Source of the DNA: Obrimoposthia wandeli
Taxonomy: Eukaryota
Assembly (NCBI GenBank): GCA_977020255.1
Contig: CDROCS010001760.1
Coordinates: forward strand, 62,001 to 126,000
Length of the DNA stretch: 64,000 nucleotides
Reading direction: 5' to 3'
A program made the position numbers and the translations under genes. Positions 39,615-48,927 of this stretch are shown here, in pieces. Each line of letters opens with the position of its first letter. Position 1 is the first letter of the stretch. The notes under the pieces are model-generated. The model was not told the origin of the DNA. It ran no database searches and was given only the letters and a program-made list of their open reading frames with translations.

Positions 39615-39920
39615 CTACTCTTTTACGTAAATCATGCTGCCGTCTGCCATTTCATAGGCGGTACCTGCTTTTTTACCTGTGCCTGCGCCCGTTTTGCCAT
39701 CACTTTTAAAGCTTTCGATGGTATTACCTTTTTTAACGATAATTTCCATATTATCTTTACCTGCGTTTTTAATGACGGTGACGTCTTCAGCAAGAAATGG
39801 ATTTAATGGGTTTTGTGCAATAGCAATGAGTAAAGCGGCAACAAGCACTAGAAAAACATCGACTAAATTAACCACGGAAAGTGCTGGGTTAATTCCTTCG
39901 TCTTCATCAAGCAACCTCAT
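39615..39920 (-). CDS. DUF2149 protein (HmuV-like)
   Basis: NPALSVVNLVDVFLVL, GTAYEMADGSMIYV. Confidence 0.85.
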   Translation of the reverse strand: MRLLDEDEGINPALSVVNLVDVFLVLVAALLIAIAQNPLNPFLAEDVTVIKNAGKDNMEIIVKKGNTIESFKSDGKTGAGTGKKAGTAYEMADGSMIYVKE

Positions 39921-40515
39921 AATCTTGCTCCACAGCTTTTACAGGTAAGGTAAGTGTTTGCTGATTAATTACCGGCGCTTTGTTGTTGATCAGCGGCATT
40001 AGGGCTACGAGTTCTTCAACCATCCAACGTTTTTTTACTGAAGCGATCCAAAAAGTGATTGAGGCGATAATCAAACCAAAAATAACCGCAGAAAATGCCA
40101 CGATTAAATTTTCGCTGATACCTTGTATATTGCCATCGGCTAAGCTTTTTAATGCCGGACCCATCGGGATCATAGTCGCGATTAAACCTAACATAGGCGC
40201 TAAACGGCTGACATTGCGCACACCTTCAAGTTCTTTTAATGCTGCGACATCCAGTTGATCTTGGCTGATAGTGGGGATCTCATTAGCTAAGCTTGCCATA
40301 GGGTAGCCGTTTAATGTCAGATCAGGGTTACTGCCTAATCTGCTATTAAGTAATTGAATGAACGACTTATAGTGACGACGACGCTGCATTGTTTGACTAA
40401 AAAACTGGCCAGTAGCAAATAATGAATAAATAAAAAGTAAGGCGATTAGGCAAAGCACAGGAGCCATAAAGAAATCAGACAGCTGGTACATGGTTTGTTC
40501 GATCAGGGCGATCAT
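39907..40515 (-). CDS. MotA/TolQ/ExbB family protein (HmuU-like)
   Basis: RLAPMLGLIATMIPMGPAL, NLIVAFSAVIFGL. Confidence 0.88.
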   Translation of the reverse strand: MIALIEQTMYQLSDFFMAPVLCLIALLFIYSLFATGQFFSQTMQRRRHYKSFIQLLNSRLGSNPDLTLNGYPMASLANEIPTISQDQLDVAALKELEGVRNVSRLAPMLGLIATMIPMGPALKSLADGNIQGISENLIVAFSAVIFGLIIASITFWIASVKKRWMVEELVALMPLINNKAPVINQQTLTLPVKAVEQDYEVA

Positions 40516-40570
40516 AATATTTCCTAACAGGTAGTTAATTTAAGTGATAAACAATGAGGGTGAGTCAGGG

Positions 40571-40602
40571 ACTCAAGGCGCAGGAGAGGTTACGCCTTGA
40601 GT
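40571..40602 (-). other. Intercistronic stem-loop without U-tail
   Basis: ACTCAAGGCG...CGCCTTGAGT 10-bp stem just downstream of the hmuY-like gene. Confidence 0.6.
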
Positions 40603-40619
40603 ATGAGGTTTACTCAGGT

Positions 40620-41801
40620 TTACTCGCTAGCGGCTTTGCCAACAAGCTCAGTTACTTCATCAGCTCTAAAGCTGTAGTTACCAGAAGTAACGCTTTCATC
40701 GTAGTAGCTGGTTATTTGTAGTTTATGAGTGGCTGTCGGTGTTTTAACTAAATAAATGTCGAATTGCGACCATAATAAATGACCACCATTAAGTGCATAT
40801 TGATACCAGTCATGTGCAAACGATTTGAAAGCATTTTCAGAATAACTACTGGTTTTAAAGCCTAAGAAATCAGCTGATGCAGGATCGATAGCATCATAGC
40901 TATTGTCGAAGTCTTGTAGTGCTGTAGCGTCATCAGCAAGATTAATCTCGAAGCTTGCGCTAGTTTTATCTTCAGCACATGGCAAGCTAATATCCCAAGC
41001 GTCAGCCGACGTGACTTCTTGATTGGTATCAAAATCAATATAGACAGCGGTTACGTCACCCGAACAAGTTAAAGCCGTGTCAATTTCAAGTGTTTGTTCT
41101 GCTGCAAAAGCAACATCGCTGCTGCCTTGGTAAGCTGTTTGTAGGGTGATTTGCCCCATGCCTCGACCTACAGTGGTAATACTGGTTGCTCTGAATTTGG
41201 TATAAGCACCGTCTGAGTCAGAAATAAAGTACTTAGTATCAGCGGCAGTGACCACATGTGTGGTTGAGTTGTAGTCGTAGAAGCCGGCGATTATATTGGC
41301 GGTAACGTCACCGATAAAGTCTGTTTCACCCGTTGGAATATCGCTGGTGGTTACGGCTAAATAGTCAGCTAACTCAGTTTCCGCAGTGGCAGCAATAAAG
41401 CTGGTAGCAATAGGAGCGCCATCGGCATCAAAAAAGTCGCTGTTATTACCTGTTGAATAAGCCGTTACTGCATTTTCACTGTTTTGATTAAGATAAATGC
41501 CCGTACGTTTGAAGGCAATATCCCATACGGTGTTCGCTGCGGCTTCTTCTGTCGCTAATTCAACAACGGCTTTAGTATCTAAATCATAATATACGAGTAC
41601 TGGTTCTTTAGCAGTGCCAGTGCTATGTGGCCCACTAATATCACCTTGCGTTGGTGCTGTTGGAGTTGTAGGTGCAGTCGGTGTCGTTGGCTCAGGTGTG
41701 ATTTCCTTACTTGAACTACCGCCGCCACAAGCTGTTAGTAAAACGCACAGTGCTAAGCTGGTTAATTTGAATGTTGGGTTTAAATTTTTGTTAAGTCTCA
41801 T
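40620..41801 (-). CDS. HmuY-family lipoprotein, probably two HmuY domains
   Basis: Lipobox LTAC, Pro/Thr linker, WDIAFKR, FYDYNSTTH, WDISL, WYQYALNGGH...KLQITSYYD. Confidence 0.8.
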   Translation of the reverse strand: MRLNKNLNPTFKLTSLALCVLLTACGGGSSSKEITPEPTTPTAPTTPTAPTQGDISGPHSTGTAKEPVLVYYDLDTKAVVELATEEAAANTVWDIAFKRTGIYLNQNSENAVTAYSTGNNSDFFDADGAPIATSFIAATAETELADYLAVTTSDIPTGETDFIGDVTANIIAGFYDYNSTTHVVTAADTKYFISDSDGAYTKFRATSITTVGRGMGQITLQTAYQGSSDVAFAAEQTLEIDTALTCSGDVTAVYIDFDTNQEVTSADAWDISLPCAEDKTSASFEINLADDATALQDFDNSYDAIDPASADFLGFKTSSYSENAFKSFAHDWYQYALNGGHLLWSQFDIYLVKTPTATHKLQITSYYDESVTSGNYSFRADEVTELVGKAASE

Positions 41802-41819
41802 GTTGTTTTCCTATATTCC

Positions 41820-43793
41820 CTAAAATTTATAGCTAATGCCAGCACTTATGGTGCGGCTACTAACAGGTCTTGCATCAAATAAATTTTGACTGCTGGCAGT
41901 CGGTTTTTTGTGTTCATTGAAGATGTTGTCGACACTTATTCGCCACGACAGTTTGTCTGTTATGGCTTGATTAAATACCGTGTTAAAGGTGGTGTATTCG
42001 TTATTTTCTACACCTTGATAGCTGTCAGGTACGGCTTCACCTGCTTGATAAACCGCGTAGGCGATAATTTCGATATCGTAAGCGTCGATATCATAATTAA
42101 TGTTGAATTTTATTTGATGACGCGGACGGGAAAGTAGGCGTTGGTTATTTTCATCTTCGCTGGTTAAGTAGCTGTAATTTAATTGTGTTTTCCATTGACT
42201 AAAGGTCAGTTGCGTACTGATATCAACACCGTGAATTTTCGCTTCGCTGATGTTTTGATACTGATAAATAGATAAGCCGGTTGCTTGTGATTGCTCGGTA
42301 TCAATGATCGAGTCAATTAGGTTGTCAGTTTTTGAGTAATGGACACTAATATCACTACGTAAGTCGACTTTGTTATCCGCCAAAGTGGTGTTAAACGTTA
42401 AACTTGAGTTAAATGAATTTGCTGTTTCTGGTTCAAGGTCTTTGTTGCCTAATACCATGTAGCCTAAAGCGCTATGATCGAAGACATAGAAACGCTCTTT
42501 TAAGTTGGGTACACGATAGCTTTGACCTATGCCTGCACGCCATTGCAATTTACCTGCACCTAAAGCAAAGTTTTTCATTGTGCTAAGGCGTAAGGCGTTA
42601 TGCCAACCAAAATCTGAGTCATATTGGCTACGCATACCAGCAAGAATTTGATAGTCTGATTTTAGCCAATTACCTTGCACAAAAACTTCAACGCTTTCAC
42701 GGCTTTCATCATCGACTTCAATAACGTTTTCAACGGGTTTATCTTGTGTCAGTTGGTCAGCATGAACAACCGCCCCCGTAACTAGCTCAATATTGTTGAA
42801 TTGAAAAACTTTTTGGCCATTAATTTCAGACAGAATAATATGGGTGTCACGTAAGCTATTTGATTGACCACTGGTTTCTTGATGATTAATGTAGCGGGCG
42901 TTAAGCTGCCAAGGTGATTTTGGATGCTTAGTACTTTTTAAGCCCAAATCTATTTGCTGTTGATCTACGTCTGTTCTATAGAAAATAACTTCGCTTTGTC
43001 CAGGGATTATCGAACTATCACGGAGCTTTTCATCACTTAACCATTGGTATTTAATATTTGTAGCGAGATCTTGAAAAGTTTTATTCGTACTTACTGTAAT
43101 AAACTTTTTATCAACACTGGCCGCATCTTGGCTGACAGTATTACTATCGTAATCATAACCTTGGTCATCAATGATGAGCGCGTTAAGCTGGGTACGCCAA
43201 CCAGAAAAATTTTCCACTGCATTTATTTTTAGTGTGTGGTTTAAGTCGCCATCTTCAAGCGTATTGCCTTGATATTGACTGACATCATAATCAAGCTTTA
43301 GTGCCGGTTCGTCAGATTTATGGGTAATAATATTAATTACGCCCCCCATGGCTGAGCTGCCATACATAACCGAAGCCGCGCCGCGAATGATTTCAATTTG
43401 GGCAATATTACTGGCGGGAACTTGGTCTAGATCAGCGGATGAGCCAGTAGGGCTTATAATGGGTTGACCGTCAATTAAGACTAAAACATGGTCTCCATCA
43501 AAACCTTGCATTTGAATGTTATAGCCGTCTTTCACACTTCGTTTCACGACTACGCCAGGAATATAATTCAGTGCTTGCGCTAAAGTGCCATGACTAATTT
43601 TGGCAATGGTTTCACCGTTAATAACATCGACTAATACCGGAGAGTTACTTAAAAGTTTTGCGGTACGGGTGCCGGTAACAACAATGTGTTCAGTTTGACT
43701 TCTGTCTGGTGCTATTTGCGCTATGGTGTTCATGGGCAAAGTTAAAATGAGAGCGGATAGGCTAGCTTTAATATACATGTTTATCAATACCAA
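41820..43793 (-). CDS. TonB-dependent receptor (HmuR-like); start may be ATG 43778
   Basis: TonB box EHIVVTGT, IEIIRGAASVMYGSSAMGGVINIIT, LEPET, DNIFN, C-terminal Phe. Confidence 0.92.
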   Translation of the reverse strand: MVLINMYIKASLSALILTLPMNTIAQIAPDRSQTEHIVVTGTRTAKLLSNSPVLVDVINGETIAKISHGTLAQALNYIPGVVVKRSVKDGYNIQMQGFDGDHVLVLIDGQPIISPTGSSADLDQVPASNIAQIEIIRGAASVMYGSSAMGGVINIITHKSDEPALKLDYDVSQYQGNTLEDGDLNHTLKINAVENFSGWRTQLNALIIDDQGYDYDSNTVSQDAASVDKKFITVSTNKTFQDLATNIKYQWLSDEKLRDSSIIPGQSEVIFYRTDVDQQQIDLGLKSTKHPKSPWQLNARYINHQETSGQSNSLRDTHIILSEINGQKVFQFNNIELVTGAVVHADQLTQDKPVENVIEVDDESRESVEVFVQGNWLKSDYQILAGMRSQYDSDFGWHNALRLSTMKNFALGAGKLQWRAGIGQSYRVPNLKERFYVFDHSALGYMVLGNKDLEPETANSFNSSLTFNTTLADNKVDLRSDISVHYSKTDNLIDSIIDTEQSQATGLSIYQYQNISEAKIHGVDISTQLTFSQWKTQLNYSYLTSEDENNQRLLSRPRHQIKFNINYDIDAYDIEIIAYAVYQAGEAVPDSYQGVENNEYTTFNTVFNQAITDKLSWRISVDNIFNEHKKPTASSQNLFDARPVSSRTISAGISYKF

Positions 43794-43802
43794 TAGGAAT
43801 CT

Positions 43803-43823
43803 AAATACGAATGATTATCGATT
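43803..43823 (-). promoter_or_regulatory. Putative Fur box
   Basis: Minus strand AATCGATAATCATTCGTATTT contains the GATAATCATT core, directly upstream of the receptor gene. Confidence 0.6.
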
Positions 43824-44410
43824 GCGATCGTAATGGTAAGGAGAATAAATAGCAAGTGAATTCAACTGATTTTTATTCATACTATTGTAATACTTATTGT
43901 TTACTTAGTGATAATTAGGTGAGTACTGAGTAAATTTATTTGCATGGATATGAGCTAGTAAACTTAATATGACTGGGCTTGCGGGAGATAATTGTTATTT
44001 TTTATTGGTATTATGTTGCTTTGATGTGGTCGAATGTAAAGAAACGTAAAGTCGCGAACTTAGTGTCTTTATAGTGACTCTATATTGCCGGTAAGTTTAT
44101 TGAATAAGCTCTTTAAGTCAGAATTTTAGCCCCTTATTTTATTTTAAACTGAGTATTCTTGAACATTGGCAGTGAATAGAGATCATTAGGTGGAGTAGTT
44201 TATGCAAAATAATAGTCAGCTTAAAGTTATAAACCCATGGGTTAATCAAGTCTATTTTGTGGCTTTGTTTATGCTGTTGGTCGCCATTGCTTTGGTCGCA
44301 TAAATCACAACGACAATGGCATTTACTCGCATTATTCAAGCAAGTTACATTTTTTGCTGATAGTTCTATCTGCATATCAAATCGGATGATTCTTCTGATC
44401 ATCTACTGCT

Positions 44411-44472
44411 TTGTCACATTTACGTTATAAAGTTTTCATCGTTCGGTCATTTTTCTTTTACCTTACTGTCAT
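44411..44472 (+). promoter_or_regulatory. Pho box array (six half-sites)
   Basis: TTGTCAC, ACGTTAT, TTTTCAT, CGGTCAT, CTTTTAC, CTGTCAT at exact 11-bp period starting 44411; PhoB half-site consensus is CTGTCAT. Confidence 0.8.
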
Positions 44473-44556
44473 TTTTAGTGATTAGCATGCTGGTGATGTT
44501 AGTGCATGTGCATTAGCAAAACTTACTTCACTAAAAACAACACTAAAGGAAGCATT

Positions 44557-46140
44557 ATGAACTCGACCTGGGTTTCACTTTCAGCTTTGTCATCTTTTTT
44601 ACTCTCTAGCGTTGCTGTCGCTGGCGTTTTACCTAATGTGCAAAAAGATAGCCAATGGTTTGTTGATGGTCAACAAACAGTTATGGCTAAAACAAAACTT
44701 ACAACACGCAATAAAGCAAAAAATGTCATTTTATTTGTTGGTGACGGTATGGGGCTTTCCACCTTAACAGCAGCACGTATTTTAGACGGGCAAAATAAAG
44801 GCCAGTCGGGTGAAGAGGGCTATTTAAGCTTTGAAGAGTTTCCTTATTCTGCACAAGTAAAAACCTACAATGTGGATGCACAAACGCCAGATTCTGCCGG
44901 CACCATGACGGCAATGATGTCAGGTGTTAAAACTGATGTTGGGGTCATTGGCGTTGACGAAGATATTGAGCGTGGTGATTGTTCAACCGTCAGTGGTAAT
45001 GAATTAGTCACCTCATTAGAAGTTGCTGAGATTAAAGGCCTATCGACGGGTATCATCTCAACGGCACGTATAACCCATGCAACACCGGCAGCAACTTATG
45101 CAAAATCAGCTGATCGTAATTGGGAAGATGTTTCTGATATGCCAGAAGCTGCGGTAACTGCCGGCTGTGTTGATATTGCTACTCAACTTATTGATTTTGA
45201 AAAAAACCTCGAAAAACGTTTTCCAGGTGTTGATGTTGACGGGATTGAAGTGGCATTTGGTGGTGGTCGTCGTCACTTTTTACCTAAAGATGCCAGCTTT
45301 AATAGCGCCGATGCAGTTAGTGCTATTGAAGGCGATCGCACTGATGGCGTAGATTTAACGGCTAAATGGCAAGAACAATATCAAAATGGTAAATATATTA
45401 TCGACCAAGCGGGCTTTGATGCCATTGATGCTAGCAGCACCGAACGGGTGTTGGGCTTGTTTAATGAGTCTCATATGCAATATGAAGCTGACCGTAGTAA
45501 TGATATTGCCGGTGAGCCTTCGTTAACGCAACTTACTAGTAAAGCCATTGATATTCTTGATAATAATGACAAAGGTTATTTTCTTGTTGTTGAGTCAGGG
45601 CGTATTGACCATGGTCATCATGCCGGCTCTGCTTATAACGCTTTAAGCGATACCATCGAATTCTCTAACGCGGTACAAGCCGCTATCGATAGCACTAACC
45701 CTGAAGAAACTTTAATTTTAGTGACGGCTGATCATAGTCATGTCTTTACGATTGCCGGCTATCCAAAACGTGGTAATCCTATTTTAGGCAAAGTGGTTAA
45801 TGTTGGGGCAACTGAGCCTGCTTTAGCGGGTGATGGCATGCCATACACCACTGTTGGTTATACCAATGGTAAAGGTTTTAGAAACTTAGTAAACGAGACT
45901 AATGCTGATTTAAGCTATAACGATGATGCGTTAGCCGGTCGCCAAAACTTAGCAACGGTTGACACGACAACAACGGGTTTTCATCAAGAAACAACTGTAC
46001 CACTGAGCTCTGAGACCCATGCGGGCGAAGATATTAGTTTACATGCCTCGGGACCTGGTGCGCATTTGGCGCAAGGCGTTATCGAGCAAAGTGTCGTGTT
46101 TCATCTCATCAATCAATCTCTTGGCTTAATTGCTAAATAA
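44557..46140 (+). CDS. phoA: Alkaline phosphatase 1 (secreted); start placed at ATG 44557
   Basis: FVGDGMG, PDSAGT (Ser nucleophile), ESGRIDHGHH, TADHSH, ETHAGED; AAGGA RBS; signal peptide. Confidence 0.92.
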   Translation: MNSTWVSLSALSSFLLSSVAVAGVLPNVQKDSQWFVDGQQTVMAKTKLTTRNKAKNVILFVGDGMGLSTLTAARILDGQNKGQSGEEGYLSFEEFPYSAQVKTYNVDAQTPDSAGTMTAMMSGVKTDVGVIGVDEDIERGDCSTVSGNELVTSLEVAEIKGLSTGIISTARITHATPAATYAKSADRNWEDVSDMPEAAVTAGCVDIATQLIDFEKNLEKRFPGVDVDGIEVAFGGGRRHFLPKDASFNSADAVSAIEGDRTDGVDLTAKWQEQYQNGKYIIDQAGFDAIDASSTERVLGLFNESHMQYEADRSNDIAGEPSLTQLTSKAIDILDNNDKGYFLVVESGRIDHGHHAGSAYNALSDTIEFSNAVQAAIDSTNPEETLILVTADHSHVFTIAGYPKRGNPILGKVVNVGATEPALAGDGMPYTTVGYTNGKGFRNLVNETNADLSYNDDALAGRQNLATVDTTTTGFHQETTVPLSSETHAGEDISLHASGPGAHLAQGVIEQSVVFHLINQSLGLIAK

Positions 46141-46163
46141 CCTGCTAATCGAAAGGAATTAAC

Positions 46164-47996
46164 ATGAAAACAGTAAAACTTTTATCTTTAGCCGTGTTGG
46201 CGGCATTAGCCGGTTGTGGTGGTGACGATGGTACCAATGGCGCTAATGGTAGCAATGGTGTTAACGGCAGTAGCGGTATCAATAGTCTGATCAGCCAAAC
46301 ATTATTAAATGTTGGTAATGCGCAATGCCTGAATGGCGGCGTACAAATTGATTCTGGCCTAGATGATGATGGCTCTGGTGTATTAGATGCTGGTGAGATT
46401 GATGCGACTGAATTTGTTTGCTCACCCACCTTAACACAAGCACAAGGTTCAGCATTGGCGGCGACAACAAATAACCTCTGGTATGAACAAGGACAAAGTG
46501 TTTTAGCGCAAGCTGAGCTTAATGCGCAATCTTTGGTGAATACTAAAGGTAAAGCGAAAAACGTGATTCTATTTGTTGGTGACGGCATGGGAATTTCTAC
46601 CGTGACCGCAACGCGTATTTTAGCCGGACAAAAGTTAGGTAAAATGGGCGAAGAACATCAACTGAGCTTCGATAAACTGCCGTTTTCTGGTTTTGCAAAA
46701 ACTTATAATGTTGACGCACAAACACCGGACTCTGCGGGCACGATGACGGCGATGATGTCAGGCGTGAAAACCGATGTTGGTGTTATTGGTGTCAGTGAAG
46801 CGATTAGCCGAGGTGATTGTTCTACGGTATCAGGCAACGAGTTAGTCACCGCCTTAGAATTAGCTGAAATAGCGGGTAAATCAACGGGAATAATTTCTAC
46901 TGCCCGTATTACTCATGCTACGCCGGCGGCAACTTATGCAAAATCAGCGGACCGAAACTGGGAAGATATTTCTGATATGCCAGCCGCTGCTGTTACGGCT
47001 GGTTGCGTTGATATTGCTTCACAGTTAATCAGTTTTGAAAGTGATATGGAAAGTAAGTTTGCTGGCGCTGATGTTGATGGTATCGACGTGGTATTAGGTG
47101 GTGGAAGACGACACTTTTTACCAAAAGACGCAGCATTTAATAGTACTGATGCGTTAAGTGCTATTGAAGGAGATAGAACAGATGGCCGAGATTTAACCGC
47201 AGAATGGAAAGCACAGTATCCGGCGGGTAGCTATGTGATGGACCAAGCAGGCTTTGACGCTGTTGATGCTAACACCACATCGCATTTGTTTGGTTTATTT
47301 AATGAATCGCATATGCAATATGAAGCTGATCGTGAGAATGATATTGCCGGAGAGCCTTCTTTAAAAGAAATGACCAGTAAAGCAATTGATGTGCTTGATA
47401 ACAACGAAGACGGTTTTTTCCTGATGGTTGAAGCCGGCAGAATTGATCATGGTCATCATGCTGGTAGTGCTCATGGCGCGTTAACTGACGCGATGGCTTT
47501 TGCTGATGCGGTACAAGCGGCTGTTGATGCTACTGACCCAGAGGAGACCTTAATTATTGTTACCGCCGACCATAGTCATGTATTTACTATGGCTGGCTAT
47601 CCTAAACGTGGTAATCCTATTTTAGGCAAAGTAGTGAGTGTCGGTAGTACAGAGCCAAGTCTAGCAAGCGATGGTATGCCTTATACCACTTTAGGTTATA
47701 CCAACGGTAAAGGTTTTAGAGACTTAGGAACAGAAACAAATGCTGATGCTGGTTATAACGGTGATGCCGTTACAGGACGTGTGGATTTAAGTGCTGTTGA
47801 TACCACTTCTGCTGGTTTTCATCAAGAAGCCTTAGTACCCATGGGCTCTGAAACGCACGCGGGTGAAGATGTTGGTATTTATGCATCAGGGCCAGGGGCA
47901 CATTTAATTACCGGTACGAATGAGCAAAGTGTCATTTTTCATGCCATGGATTATGCCGCTGATTTAGTCACCAAGGCTGAGCAAGCACTAAACTAA
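46164..47996 (+). CDS. phoA: Alkaline phosphatase 2 (lipoprotein with Gly-X-Y spacer)
   Basis: Lipobox LAGC, DGTNGANGSNGVNGSSG, and the same catalytic motifs as paralog 1. Confidence 0.92.
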   Translation: MKTVKLLSLAVLAALAGCGGDDGTNGANGSNGVNGSSGINSLISQTLLNVGNAQCLNGGVQIDSGLDDDGSGVLDAGEIDATEFVCSPTLTQAQGSALAATTNNLWYEQGQSVLAQAELNAQSLVNTKGKAKNVILFVGDGMGISTVTATRILAGQKLGKMGEEHQLSFDKLPFSGFAKTYNVDAQTPDSAGTMTAMMSGVKTDVGVIGVSEAISRGDCSTVSGNELVTALELAEIAGKSTGIISTARITHATPAATYAKSADRNWEDISDMPAAAVTAGCVDIASQLISFESDMESKFAGADVDGIDVVLGGGRRHFLPKDAAFNSTDALSAIEGDRTDGRDLTAEWKAQYPAGSYVMDQAGFDAVDANTTSHLFGLFNESHMQYEADRENDIAGEPSLKEMTSKAIDVLDNNEDGFFLMVEAGRIDHGHHAGSAHGALTDAMAFADAVQAAVDATDPEETLIIVTADHSHVFTMAGYPKRGNPILGKVVSVGSTEPSLASDGMPYTTLGYTNGKGFRDLGTETNADAGYNGDAVTGRVDLSAVDTTSAGFHQEALVPMGSETHAGEDVGIYASGPGAHLITGTNEQSVIFHAMDYAADLVTKAEQALN

Positions 47997-48020
47997 TTAG
48001 CGCTGACTTAGTTTATTTAG

Positions 48021-48056
48021 GGAAGTTGCCATCATAAAAATGGCAACTTCCTTTTT
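48021..48056 (+). terminator. Rho-independent terminator
   Basis: GGAAGTTGCCAT/ATGGCAACTTCC stem followed by T5. Confidence 0.85.
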
Positions 48057-48124
48057 CGCTAGTATGTATTAATCTTATTTATCAATCGTATTTACTAGTA
48101 ATAACTACACAACTACATGTTCTA

Positions 48125-48868
48125 ATGGGTTTTATTATGAAAATTATTGCCGCCTTATTATTCACCTTATCGTTAAGTGTTAGTGCTAAAGAGTGTGAAG
48201 TTTCTGCTGATGTGATCAGTGCTTATTATCAACTTGATACGCAAACTACCCACAACGAATTGAAACAACCGCCCGTTCAGCAATTATTTGAATTGCATCG
48301 TAATAATAATCAAATTTTACAACGCAATATCAGTAAAGGTATCAATGACATTTGGTCATTACATGCCAATCGTTTATCGCTCAGCAGAGTATTTGACCAA
48401 TACCAGCATATTATTGACTATCAACCGAATGAATTGAGATATCAGCCACAGTGGCAAGAAGTTTTTCAGTTGCTTGCCATACCCGCACTTAATCAAATGC
48501 AGCTGGTTGAGCAAAAGGGATCGGGGTGCTTGCTTGAAGAGCACTATTTATTGAAAGGTAAGATATTGAAAGGTCAGCATCAGAGTTTTCAACTGGTTTG
48601 GTTGCCAAATTTACGCTTAGTAAAATCACTTAAATTGCAAAGCGCGCAGTTAACGCGACAATGGCAGCTAACAAAATATCAACATAATGATGAGAAAATG
48701 TCAGCGCTATTTAAGCAATATGAAACTTATCAAACAACTGATTATGCTGATGTGGGAGATAACGAAGGCATTCCATTTTTAGCTAAGATGATTAACCAAG
48801 GCTTTTCAATACCAGCATCTGTATCGACAAATCATGCCGTTATGACGAATACAGGGCACCAGCATTAA
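48125..48868 (+). CDS. Hypothetical exported protein
   Basis: Signal peptide ending SVSA-K; YADVGDNE motif; no family recognised. Confidence 0.6.
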   Translation: MGFIMKIIAALLFTLSLSVSAKECEVSADVISAYYQLDTQTTHNELKQPPVQQLFELHRNNNQILQRNISKGINDIWSLHANRLSLSRVFDQYQHIIDYQPNELRYQPQWQEVFQLLAIPALNQMQLVEQKGSGCLLEEHYLLKGKILKGQHQSFQLVWLPNLRLVKSLKLQSAQLTRQWQLTKYQHNDEKMSALFKQYETYQTTDYADVGDNEGIPFLAKMINQGFSIPASVSTNHAVMTNTGHQH

Positions 48869-48927
48869 CTATCAACGCTAGGTCATCAACACTCCATCAA
48901 CATTAAGAGTGCTGAAAGCGGTAGCTA

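Noticed and set aside
43800-44400. Cobalamin riboswitch upstream of the TonB receptor
   Set aside because: I could not find the B12-box or conserved GGGAA/GCCACTG elements; the region is AT-rich and has a Fur-like box instead
44139-44402. 87-aa minus-strand ORF
   Set aside because: No recognisable motif or RBS, and it starts next to the Pho box array; probably spurious
46230-46280. Collagen-like protein
   Set aside because: Only about six Gly-X-Y triplets; better treated as a flexible spacer of the lipoprotein phosphatase
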